Assembly (NCBI GenBank): GCA_024137785.1
Contig: JAHRHZ010000092.1
Coordinates: forward strand, 4,639,200-4,703,199
DNA: 64,000 nucleotides
Direction: 5' to 3'
Origin: Ginglymostoma cirratum
Taxonomy: Eukaryota
The first letter of the stretch is position 1; every line of letters starts with the position of its first letter. Of this stretch, positions 1-11,999 are shown in pieces. The notes beneath the pieces were generated by a model that had not been told where the DNA came from, did no database searches, and worked only from the letters and a program-made list of their open reading frames with translations. The position numbers were made by a program, and so were the translations under genes.

Positions 1-415
1 GGGGGAGTTGAAATGGTTCGCGACTGGGAGGTGCAGTTGTTTGTTGCGAACTGAGCGCAGGTGTTCTGCAAAGCGGTCCCCAAGCCTCCGCTTGGTTTCC
101 CCGATGTAGAGGAAGCCACAATGGGTACAGCGGATGCAGTATACCACATTGGCAGATGTTCAGGTGAACCTCTGCCTGATGTGGAATGTCTTCTTGGGGC
201 CTGGGATTGGGGTGAGGGAGGAGGTGTGGGGGCAGGTGTAGCACTTCCTGCGGTTACAAGGAAAAGTGCCGGGTGTGGTGGGGCTGGAGGGGAGTGTGGC
301 GCGGACAAGGGAGTCGCGGAGGGAGTGGTCCCTCCGGAAGGCAGATAAGGGTGGGGAGGGAAAGATGTCTTTGGTGGTGGGGTCTGACTGTAGATGGCGG
401 AAGTGTCGGAGGCAA
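1..415 (-). mobile_element. Penelope-like retroelement, GIY-YIG endonuclease region (young, one nonsense codon)
   Basis: Reads ...GTFPCNRRKCYTC...RQRFT*TSANVVYCIRCTHCGFLYIGETKRRLGDRFAEHLRSV; CpGs retained; runs off the window edge. Confidence 0.9.
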
Positions 416-1028
416 ACAGGGATATTTAGTTCTGGCAGTGTTGGGGGAAGGAGGTGGCAGAAAGAGACAGCCTGGAGACTTGTCACATGGCTTGTTAATT
501 TTAGTCATCTTAACCGGCTCCTACCCATTGTGGGTAGAGTAATAGCATTCCCCTAGGGTCCATATGGAGAATCAGGAACATTTAGCTGGAGAACAATTTG
601 TCTTATCCACAAGTGAGACAATTTATTAAAAGGGGCCAGTGAATTTAGCTTCAATGGATTCAAATTGTTTTACCGTAAGAAGTCACCCGTTTTGCTACAA
701 ACTTTGGAAAAATAATTTTGTACTAGTATAAATTGACTGCCTCTTAGGAATTGTGCACCACGGGCACCGTGCTGTGAATTGACTTAAGTTGATTTTATCT
801 TTAAGGGTCTGTTCCTAGTGGATCACTTCACATCAGGTTCAGAAGCAGCAAATTAATGCGAAGCTCAAAGCTCTTCAAATTCCACTAATACCACTAGGCT
901 GGATCTGCACTGTATACAGTTGTGGCAAGCGGCCACGGAATCAGGCGCTGTTTTGTTGGTTTTGACCTGCACAAAGATCACGTGAGAAAAGAAAAACAAG
1001 AAATAAACACCCCTAAACAATTATTTAC

Positions 1029-1046
1029 CACTTTCACGTTTGATGA
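1029..1046 (-). CDS. RYR1: RYR1 alternatively spliced microexon ASII (~exon 83), 18 nt
   Basis: ccacag|TCATCAAACGTGAAAGTG|gtaaat after a long pyrimidine tract; phase 1-1; IIKRES(G) versus mammalian VINRQN(G). Confidence 0.9.
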
Positions 1047-1435
1047 CTGTGGACCAGAGAAAAGTGAAAAAGAAAAAAAGGACGCAAAATGAGTAAAAAA
1101 TAGAAACAGAAACACAATTGCAATCATTCAATAAATACTAATTAAATAAAATCAACTGAACCAATTATAAACTAGAATAGACTGATTAACTGATCTACAA
1201 AGTTAGAGGGAAAAAACTAAACAAAACTCAATAAAGCAAGTGAAAAAATTAAAAATATTTTAAGATGTTGGGTGTAGGTCTCTAATGTGAATATTAGATG
1301 CTCCACTACAGTAATGCTTTTACAAATCTTCAATGAGAATGTTGTAATTATAGTTTCACAAACATTATCTTGTTACTTCCTGATTTCAAACTTGCTTTTA
1401 TTCAACTATTTGTTGTGAGCTGCAGCACAAAGCTA

Positions 1436-1570
<135 letters not shown>

Positions 1571-2559
1571 TTACATATCATTTCAACATATTGATGTTTA
1601 AAAGAATGGCGAAATAAAACTTGGAAGACTTCATTACATTGAAGTTTCTGCTCTTTGATCTCTGACGTTGCAGTATTTTTTATTGCAGTGTAAGTAAGCT
1701 GCATAAACCTTAATGCAGGGTAAGTAAGCTATATAAAAATAGTTAAAAATAAATTGCTGAAGCAGGGAAAGATACAGGGCTATGGTGAGAGACACCAGGG
1801 TAGTGGAGTTAAGTCTTTGAATGCAAAGAACTAATACAGAGGTAATGTTCCTTTTAAGCTTCACAGATGTGCTGTACTCAGTTCTCTCACAGGTCACACA
1901 CAAGTTGGCCTCTGAGTAACTGCACGTGCATAACAGAGAATAAATTTAAGGGGTCCTGTGCACTTCAATAAATCAGTTAGCACTCTCCAAAAGGAACTGA
2001 TGTTATGTGAATGGCATTCTGTGCTGTAAATGCCTTTGCTTTTGTAAAACTATAAATGCATTATGTCTAATTCCATACAAGTTCTTATTTTTTAACGCTA
2101 ACATTTCAAAAGCTAGTCTAGATGTTTTGATATATCTATGCACATTACACTGTGTATGTCGAGGTAAGCAGCAAATGTTAATGATGTTCACAATGTAGCA
2201 GCTGTCGCTGGAAATGTCAAAAGTCATTTGCACAAGGAGAAGTGAACAGATGCCCGTTACTGCTGAAGTCTGCAATCATCACGATGACGGATGACAGAAC
2301 TGCAAAGCTTATTATTTTTCCACTGCACCAACATAGCCAGCCTCTTATTGCTTAACAATAATAGCATTCATTAGCGGGGCTTCAAAATCACTGCTGGCAA
2401 ACTGCTCACTACCTAACACCACAGTTATAGAATGAGTGGGTGGAGTGCAGAGGAAGAGCAAAATCTAAATTTAGAGGATCTTGATTAAATTATTCTCTGC
2501 ATTTCACATGCAAGATTCTGCCTAGGAACACATACATTTTGACTATCTGCCTGGATTCT

Positions 2560-3110
2560 AGCAGGGGCTGGGCAACAAGGAGAAGAGAGGTGGCATGGTG
2601 ATAATAGGGTGCTCAAGAGGCTCAGACTAAAGCCCCGGGACACATGCGAGAGACAGAGAGCACAAGACACAGCGTGGGCCAGGGAAGGAGAAAAGCTGAT
2701 AATGGAGGCCATGAATAGGTGAAAATAGGTTGGCTGTGCTAAAAGCAGCCTGTGTCATGACAAGGCATAGGGCAAGTAAGTGACATGGAAAGAGGTGTTC
2801 AGGCCCTAAAATTATCGATATTGAGTCTTGAAGGCTGGAGGTCCTCAAACAGATAAGATGCTATTCTTCCACCTTGTGCTGAGCCTCACCGGATCAAGCT
2901 TGGCCAAGGAACATGGGTTGAAGCGGCAGACAACTGAATGTTCGGGGTCATTTTTTACAGATCGAACATAGGTGTTCCACAAAGCGGTCACTTGTCTGTG
3001 TTTCGTCTCCCCAGGGTAGGGAGGACCACACTGTGAGCAAGTACAATGTAGACTAGATTGAATGAAGTTCACACAGATCACTGCTTCACCTGGAAGATGT
3101 GTTACTGTTT
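2560..3110 (-). mobile_element. Degraded Penelope-like GIY-YIG fragment
   Basis: CTCSQCGPPYPGETKHR resembles the CIRC..CG.LYIGETKRR motif; boundaries approximate. Confidence 0.7.
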
Positions 3111-3164
3111 AGACAGTGAGGTGAATTGGGATGCTGGTCAGGTTCTCTCATCAGCAAAAATATC

Positions 3165-3285
3165 ACCTTTTCCCAGCTACTGTCAGTTCTGAAGAAAGGT
3201 CAGTGGAATTAAAATATTAACTCTGCTTTCTCACCATAGATGTTGCCAGACCTGCTGAGCTTCTCCAGCAACGTCTGTTTTTGTC
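3165..3285 (+). mobile_element. Penelope terminal-repeat fragment
   Basis: cagttctgaagaaaggtca...ttaactctgctttctc...agatgttgccagacctgctgagcttctccagca; similar copies near 6065-6200(-), 7220-7340(+), 27595-27730, 48465-48530, 51625-51785 and 52580-52650. Confidence 0.75.
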
Positions 3286-3829
3286 ACAGTTTTATAAAGC
3301 AATGCTAACTCTCCCTTAAACCTCTTTCTATTCCAATGGAAATAATCTCAATATCTCAAACCTCTCCTAATTAATTTCCATCTCTGGTACTGTACTGCTT
3401 CTAATATTTAATGGAGAGACATATCATCGCCTAAGCAGAAGTCTTATCGTTTGATGGTATAACTGTCAACCCTGTGTGAACCTAATGACACAGCATTAGT
3501 TTGACCATGATCTATACAAATCCTGGTTAACTGCGGGGATAGGTGCACGGACTTCCCACAGATAAGAAATGCAGATACTACTACCATGTAACTGCCCTAA
3601 CCAACTGGAAGGGCCAGACAATCAGACCAGACAAGTTGATAAGGAAACAAAAGTAGGGCCCGGGGCTGATGTTACAAGTCACTGTTGGCGAAACTACAGA
3701 TAATGAGGACTGGGTGCACTGGAAATGTAACCAAACTGACAACCTTGCTTACTGAATTTTATTGTAGCTGGGTTAAAAGTGTAAACTCACAACAATATAT
3801 CTTGCAATATCATAGTGAAAATCGCTTAC

Positions 3830-3906
3830 CTGCAGGTTTGCATGAGAACTTGTACGCTTTGGAAGAAACCAATGTCCTTTTTCTCTTTCAGGTAGTCTAG
3901 CATTTT
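3830..3906 (-). CDS. RYR1: RYR1 exon (~81), 77 nt
   Basis: gtctag|AAAATG...CTGCAG|gtaagc; [26 protein letters not shown]. Confidence 0.96.
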
Positions 3907-4840
3907 CTAGACAAAGAATATAATACTTCAACATTTTTACCCTGATTACTTAGCCTCTATATAAAATTTCTGATTCAAGTCATTCTGCATTTCAGCCTTT
4001 GGGCAGTGATGCATTTCTTGAACAAAATACCATTACTAACAATTCAGTGAACAATCATATATGGTTACGGTTACTTTTTGTAATTTAACAATTGTACAGC
4101 AGCAATTGGCAACTTTTTCTCATATCAATCACCTTCATAACTATTTCTCTCATACTGCAAAAATATAATGCATTATGATAATGCACAGATGACATTCAGT
4201 ATAAAAACACTGAATAAGACAATATTAGTGCACTGAACTGCTGAATACGGTGTTCCAGCAATGGCAGCAATGTGCACCAGCCCAAACACTCTTTGACCAA
4301 TTCACCTCCCCTTGCTCCTAGTCCTGGGCAATACTGCCCACATTCCTGTGTTAGGAGGATGAATAATATTCCAGCTACTGGCGAAGACCTACTCCAACCC
4401 AAGCCTGCCTTATTTAATAATTGCCTCAATTCACCAGCAGGTCACGTTCCTTCACCCCAATCATGCAATTAAACCCATAACACTGAGGAGTAACAGCTGA
4501 GGACCAGTGGCAGAAAGACTGGCAGGTGAAAACGCCATCTCATTGCAGATGGTAATGTTCATTCACCTGGTTTATACCACCTACAGTGACAGTGTTTTAA
4601 CCTGTGGCTGGACTTGCTAAGGCATATGTGCAGCCACCTAACATCAGTGGGATTGTCAAGACCATTCAGATTGCAGCAATGGATAGTCCAAACAATAACT
4701 CTCACTGTCACACACAGTCTACTGACTAAACAAAGTGACCTGAAAGACTTCATCCAACCATGGACAAGGCTACTTCCGCACTGTGTGTCAATGCGGATGC
4801 TAAATAAATAAAATTAAATTGGTATTCAGTATTTATTTAC

Positions 4841-4920
4841 CTGCTGAACCTCACAGTTACCGCCATTCAGAATGGAAATACCAAGTTTCAGGGTTGAGGA
4901 AACCATTACACCTGGCTCAC
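4841..4920 (-). CDS. RYR1: RYR1 exon (~80), 80 nt
   Basis: tttcag|GTGAGC...CAGCAG|gtaaat; [27 protein letters not shown]. Confidence 0.96.
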
Positions 4921-5094
4921 CTGAAAAATGAGAAAGAAGAAAAATTTGGCAAAACAGGCATCTGCTGAATTTTGAAGAATATCATTGAACTAAATCTAAC
5001 AAGATCGCTGTCTTACAAGGGTAGTATAACCCTGTTTGAAGTTTTACTAATACACTATTTGCCTTTTGGTAAAGTTACTACGGAGTTAAATAAT

Positions 5095-5436
5095 CAGTCA
5101 GAAGTCACATGACACCAGGTTACAGTTCAACAGGTTTATTTGAAATCACAAGCCTTTTGAGTACTGCTCCTTTGTCAGGTGAAGTGGAGGGAAGCATACA
5201 AATACAGAATATATAGGGGTAGAGATAACGGCAAGATAATTCCAGACACTCTTAATTACTTGGAATTACCTTACCATTATCTCTCCGCCTATATATTCCT
5301 GTGTGCTTCCCTCCACTTCATCTTATGAAGCAGCAGTGCTCCGAAAGCTTTTGTTTCAAATAAACCTGTCAGACTATAAACTGGTGTCATGTGACTTCTG
5401 ACTGTCCATCCAGTCCAACTCCGGCAGCTCCACATC
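5095..5436. mobile_element. Fold-back (inverted) Penelope-type terminal repeat
   Basis: Arms 5095-5244 and 5261-5404 are reverse complements and contain a degenerate CTGATGA..GAAA hammerhead core. Confidence 0.75.
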
Positions 5437-6064
5437 TTAAATAATTAGAGCAGTGCTTGCACTATCATACTATTTTGTTTCTTGGATTTGCATGGAGTGA
5501 AGAAGAAACAACTTAACAGACACTGCTTTAGAAATTGTTCAGTGCAGTCCCCTCCTAGTTTCTCAAAATGATAATGGGCCTACTGTGATGGTAAGCATCT
5601 CACTTTCCATATGTGACAAAGGAAAATGGAGGAGGTGCATTTTGATCTGCACTCTTAAACAGGTTAGATTCTTGTATATGCCCGCCCATAACGATTAAAC
5701 TTTTGTGAGGCAGCTAACACCATAGTTTGCTGTCCTTCGAGAAACTAACACATGATTTTCTGGAACAAAAAAAACAGCTCAGCTATGTAGCTCTGACTGT
5801 GAAACCGGGAAGAGGAAGAGTGCTTCTCCTGGCCCCACCTTAAAGCAGCTACTCAATCACTGCAATTCCTAGCTCACTGGGTCTGAATTCCTTCTACCTC
5901 TCATGAGGTAGAAATACAAAGACAGGATGAACAAGATGTAGTTTAAAGTTTGTACAGCATGTACTTCATGATACAAAAAAGTTCATTGCTAGGTTGGAGC
6001 GACACCGATACAAAGGAGATGGCACCTTATTCTGGGTCTTTGGCCACTGCTGCAGGTTAGATTA

Positions 6065-6745
6065 AAAAACCAAAGAACTTCAGATGCTAGAAATCAGAAA
6101 CAAAAACAAAGATAGAAACTGCTGGCAACCCAACCAGTTTAGCTGCATCCGCGTAGAGAAAGCAGAGTTAACATTTTGGGTCCAGTGACCCTTCCTCAGA
6201 ACAGATTGCAGCTAGGAAAAGGGTGGTATATACAAAGATAGGGTGGGTGGATGGAATAAATGATAGGTGGAGACGGATCTGAGAGACAGAGAGAACAACA
6301 TGTGTAGACAAAGGAATGGGTATAGGTCAGCCTGGGAGAATCAATAACTGGTAATGGGACCATCAGCAGCTGACAATGCATTGGTTGTGGTAGCAGCCCT
6401 TGGGATGACAAGGCCTGGTGTTGGGGTAAAGATATGGGAACAGGTGCTTAGGCGCTAAACTTGTTGAACTCGATAGAGTCCTGAAGGCTTCGGGAACCCA
6501 AAGCAGAAAATGAGATGCTACTCTTCCGGCTTGTGCAGAACTTTGCTGGAGCACTGCAGCAAGTCCGAGATAGGGATGCTGGTGAGGGAACACAGTTGTG
6601 TGTTGAAGTGGCAGGCAAAAGGAAGCTCAGGGTCATTTTTGCAGACATAATGTTGGTGTTCCACAAAGTGGTTGTCCAGTCTGTGTTTCATGTCCCCAGC
6701 GTAGAGGAGCAAGTATAGTAGACTACATCGAGTGAACTGTTACAG
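6065..6745 (-). mobile_element. Degraded Penelope-like element 3' part with terminal repeat
   Basis: LLYAGDMKHRLDNHFVEH...PELPFACHFN (GIY-YIG remnant) followed by the terminal repeat. Confidence 0.8.
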
Positions 6746-6787
6746 GTTAGAGGTTACATTAGTGAAACTGAAAAATTCATGTTTTTA

Positions 6788-6913
<126 letters not shown>

Positions 6914-7219
6914 CTAAGAGGATTGTACAATAGCATGAATTTTCTGAACTTAATAGTCACTCTTTTGCAGTTGGTTCATCTGCTTGGTTGACAAAACAAG
7001 TCAATGATGCAACTCTATTACCCACTGCAAGCATGGCTTAAAGTTTGTTACATTTCTTGGAGGTTCTGAAGTTTGGCTGCTACAGCCTCAGCGGAAGTCC
7101 GACAGAAGTCCTAGCCCTTAAATGAGATTTGTTTTGATCTGTTGAAATTACAACAGAAGATGGTGAGAGCTGCTGGGGATATTTCTGAACTCTTACTGCT
7201 TATGAACCATATAGACTGT

Positions 7220-7340
7220 CGTTTTCCCAGCCACCATCAGTTCTGAGGAGGGGTCACTGGACCTGAAACGCCAACTCTGTTTTTTCTTTCACAGATTCTA
7301 CCAGACCTGCTGAGCTTTTCCACCAACTTTGTTTTTGTTC
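7220..7340 (+). mobile_element. Penelope terminal repeat with hammerhead-ribozyme core
   Basis: agttCTGAGGAggggtcactggacctGAAACgccaact. Confidence 0.7.
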
Positions 7341-8154
7341 TTTGCTTTACACAATGACAGCTTGTACACACAGTGCAACTTGTACATGGTAAAATGTCCC
7401 AAGAAGCTTCACAGGAAAATCAAACAAGCTATAACACCAAGCCACATGAGGTGGTATTAGGGCAGGTGACCAAAAATTTGGCGTGAGATAAGTTTTAAAG
7501 ATTCTATATTAATAGACCAGAGTGTGTGTTAGAAAGACAGAGAAATTTAGGGAGGGAATTCCAGTAGATGGCAAGGCCATCCAGATCAGAGATTCACAAG
7601 AGGATGGCATTTGAGAACAAAGATCTTGGTAGGCTATAAGACTGCAGTAGGATTCAGAGATGAGGAAGGATTTGAAAACAAGAATCAGAATTTTAAAATC
7701 AATACTTTGCTAGACTGGAGCCAATGCAGGATGGCTAACATAGGAATGATGAATGAACATGACTTACCATTTTCAGAAATAAGATGAGAGAGAGATGCTT
7801 AATAAGCATTTTGCTATGGTTTTCAGAGAAGTACTTAAGAACACTGGAGGCCTACAGAATATGGAAGAGCTACTATTGGAGATATTCAAAAGAAGGCTTT
7901 ATGAAAGAAGTTAATGGAATTAGAAATAGAAAAATCAGTTAATCATGCATCATAAATAAAGGATGGCCAGTGTTATGCACACTAGTGATGCATGACATTT
8001 TATAGTGGAAATGCACCTACATGGCAGCTGCCTGGAATGTACAATTTTCAGTCAGAATTTATTTATTTGTCTGGTTACTTTCTTTGATGGGCAGGGACTG
8101 AATTTTAGAACTTAACACGGTCTTAAAATTTTAGATAGCTCGTCACTGACTTAC

Positions 8155-8220
8155 TTCAAAGGTTAGTTCTACAGCTTCTTCATCTTCTTCCTCACCGCCT
8201 TCCTCTTTAATATGACAACT
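8155..8220 (-). CDS. RYR1: RYR1 exon (~78), 66 nt
   Basis: tttcag|AGTTGT...TTTGAA|gtaagt; SCHIKEEGGEEEDEEAVELTFE. Confidence 0.95.
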
Positions 8221-10987
8221 CTGAAATAAAGAATAGGACTAGTAATGAGTAACTTCTTAATTTTACCATGAGAAGGAACAACAATAGGAATTGGGCTACC
8301 AAACTAACACAAAATATGCACGTTTGCTATAGTTCCATGTTTCACTTAAACCAATTCATATAGGTTCAAATCTTACGATCTATTGATAGGGTGTGAAACC
8401 CTATTTCTAACCCAGGTCGTACTAAAAGATATCTGCTTACCTGTGAAGGAGATTTCTGGCTGAACTTTTGGCTAGGAGTTGCACAGTCCAGGCATCCATA
8501 CAGGCAGCAATGGGATGGATTAATACTGAAACTGTTGGCAGTAGTAACTGCTGTATTATACAATTTCAAAACCCTAAACACGGACAGCTATTTACAGAAG
8601 GGTAAATTGGAAGGTATGTGGGGTGCCAGCTGGCTGAGGGACTTTTTTCACTGATGGGTGAGGGGGTAGGGTGCCAGACGGTGGAGTAGCAGCAGCATGA
8701 CGGATGGTTGGAGGATTAAAGTTGGCAAGTGTGTGGTGTTCAGAGTAACTGATGTATAGATAGAATACCAGCTGAGTGAGGGGACAGGGTGCCAGGTGAG
8801 TAGGGGTAGGGTGGCAGGTAAGTGAGTCAAGACTTAGCACGAATAGTGTGTGAAGCAGGGATAAGTTGGAGAATTGAGGCCATCAGGGTTGGTCTGGTCA
8901 GGATGAGGGGAAGGTTGTTGTAGAGACCGGGTTGGGGGGGTGCTGTCAATTTGCAGGAGCCTGGAATCGCAAGTTTGAGAGTACGTGTTTCAGATTGGAG
9001 GGAAGGGGGCTTATTTTGGGTGCCAGTGGTGAGTTAGATGGTTCAGTTTTATAATTAGCCAGGAGTTTGCGCGGGTCTCAATTCTTCTAACTTTCCCTGG
9101 TCATCTATTCAAGTCAGTCAGTCAGTTGGAATTCGTTGAAGTCTCTGACTCTAATTCAAGAGTTGGGGACATTTCCAGAATTTTCCACACATCAGGTAAT
9201 TATTCAGGGGAAGTATCAATTTCCATAGAGTCAACCACCTTGGGACTTCTACATAGTCCTGACACACAACTCCTGTCTACATTTCAGTACAACTATCTTC
9301 CCATTGGATGACCTGCGCCACGGTTTCATACCCGCAGTATGGAAGCACTTTGTTTCTTTTTGGAAGTTGCTACAGGAACTCAGCATTCTGATATGAACAC
9401 AATGAACAATGAAATTACAAGTGAGGATGAGCGCATTAACTTAAATACTTTTCTTTGTACAGCCACTCTTTAACTGTGACTTATGATTATGCAAAAACAT
9501 CCTTATGGCCATTATTTGTGTCAGAGCCTTGATGGCGCAAACAGCCATGCAAAAGCAGTCGAGGCCTATGCTATCCAGCAAAGGCACTGGGTAATGATCT
9601 GAAGGGCTGACTGATCAATTTTTCTCATGACAATGTAGACTAATGATAGTTACTTGATCAGTGTTGTGGTTGAGATTTGCCAACATTGCAGATTTGGAAT
9701 CAATCTTAAAACCTCCAGCTTTCTGTGCTTCAATGTGTACCTGAAATCCTCTGCTCTTCGCCAAAATAGCATCACAGGATCTTTAATCTTCTAAACAAGC
9801 ATATGTAGCCTTGCTTTAATAAAGAATAGCACCTTGGACATTCCCTCAATACTGTACTGTATCAATCTTGAGCCAAGCTAGTTGGTGACTCAGAAAACAA
9901 AGACACCTCTTTTTCGGATACAATTTACTGACTGTCTTACAGTTTCTTCCACCCTCAGTGTTACAGATTTTATGTTTGCACAGCATGGCCTGAACTCTCA
10001 AGGCCTCCTGGGTCAGAGGCAGAGACACTATGACTGCACCACATGAGCGCCTTTCCTCCGTTTTATATTTTCTCTTTTTATATCCCAAAGTGCTCTTATA
10101 CATAACTGAACAAACTGTTACGGATGTTCACAATTAATGACAACTGATTATTACCATCTATTTCTCCTTAACTTGATATAAAGATATGCACAACTTAATG
10201 TGATTACCCAAAAATCAAAACACATGGATGCCAGAGTAAACTTGTTTAAATCTCTTTGGACGAGGCGGATGAAGAGGCAGCAATGGCTAGATCTTCTGTA
10301 CTTATTATAGGAGGCACATTAAGGGAAATTCATACTTAAAGGAGAGCTAGCTTGTGTTTCTCCAACATCCTGGAACTTGTAAAGTAATCAATGCTAGGTG
10401 GAATTGATTATCTCACTGTAACTGTTTTATTATTACCACTGGAGCTGAACATCCCGGGCATCCACAACTTATTTGCATTTGAAAAAGGTCTCCAGGTTCC
10501 CCCAGTGCCCTGGCTGCACGTTGTGTTGCCGGATTGGGATGGGTGCAACCGGTGCAGATTACAGGCATGAATAACTCTTCACAAATATGCTACTGACTGC
10601 GACCTTCAAAATTTCAGAAGGAGTCAGTGATTAGAAATGGCTCGGGACACGGACTATAACTTTATTGAATGCAGAGCAGACACTGTAGGGATTTCAGACT
10701 GACTGAGTCATCAGGGAGTCACGAGCTTGAAATTTTAACTTCTGGATTCCCCAGGAATTTTCGTTTAGAGAAACAGTAGCAAAACAGAGTGTGATAAACA
10801 GCAACTGCTTAAAAATGAAAATTGGCTACCTTTGGATTTTCAAATGTAAAAAGTGAGTGATGTCAAGGTGTGCACAATGCAGCAGTTTTGGAAGTGTATT
10901 TCATGTTTAAAAAAAAAGACCATGTTATTATTGGTGTCTGTTGAAAGGACTGTAAATATCTATTAGAATAAATGACTTTGAACTGAC

Positions 10988-11039
10988 CTTTGCCATGATA
11001 TCAGCATATGACATGTAGAGATGGTCCATTTCTAGTTTG
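10988..11039 (-). CDS. RYR1: RYR1 exon (~77), 52 nt
   Basis: gtacag|CAAACT...GCAAAG|gtcagt; SKLEMDHLYMSYADIMAK. Confidence 0.95.
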
Positions 11040-11999
11040 CTGTACAATTCAAAAAAATTGTTTTTAACATACTGAAATCTGAACGAAAATGCAATTGAAA
11101 CCCGACATTCTAAAAGGCGTAATTTTATGAGTTAGCTCACTCATTGTCATGAATCTAAGCATACAGCGAAGGCTTATTTTCTTTATTTTGAAACAGCACA
11201 AAATATATACTCCACCTTCACAATACTATCACTCCCATAAAACAATGTTTGTTGTTTGATTATACAGCTTTATTTCAGAATACAGCAAACCGTGCCAAAT
11301 CACATTTAAGTTTTAATGCACTTTCAATTTTTTTTCATAATCTCTTGCTGCGCTGGAACTCTTTTTTTGCAATATTCCTTAAAAAAAGAATATGCTTCCT
11401 TCCCAGGTGACAGGAAATTTAGTTAAGTAAACCAACTAACGGCTGGATTTTTTGCAGAACTGCATGGGATCCAGAGCTTTTAAAAATAGCGGATGGAACC
11501 TGGATGATCTGACCCAATTATCCCCAGAAGGGATAAGGGGGATCATGTAAAAAGCATAGGCATGAACAGGAGATGGATGGGCCACTTAGTGCACAGACAA
11601 CAAATCCAATTTGTGCTTTAGAAAGATCTCAATTTACTATGCATGTTCCATGACATTATGGTGGAAACATAAATGCCTATGAACAATGGGTAACATATGT
11701 AGAACTTTCAAGCTATACAATTATTTAAATACCCTGCCCTTTCCTTTAAAAAAAACTTCTCAGCAAGAATGATAAAAATCTGCTCTATAAATTTCAATTG
11801 ATATTTGTTGGCATACTCTAAACGCTATCATTGTAGCATTATTGCTACTTGACCACTTCCACAATCTGTCATTATTGGTGGGGTTGTGCAAATTCACAGC
11901 TTAATTAACAGCTCCAAGACATTATTGAAGAATTAGGTATTTTAGATGTGGGGTTATCCGTGCAACTGTGTGTTTCTACAAGACACATAAATGTTATGT

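Noticed and set aside
61-556. Plus-strand ORFs of 89-96 aa
   Set aside because: Antisense shadows of the GC-rich Penelope fragment.
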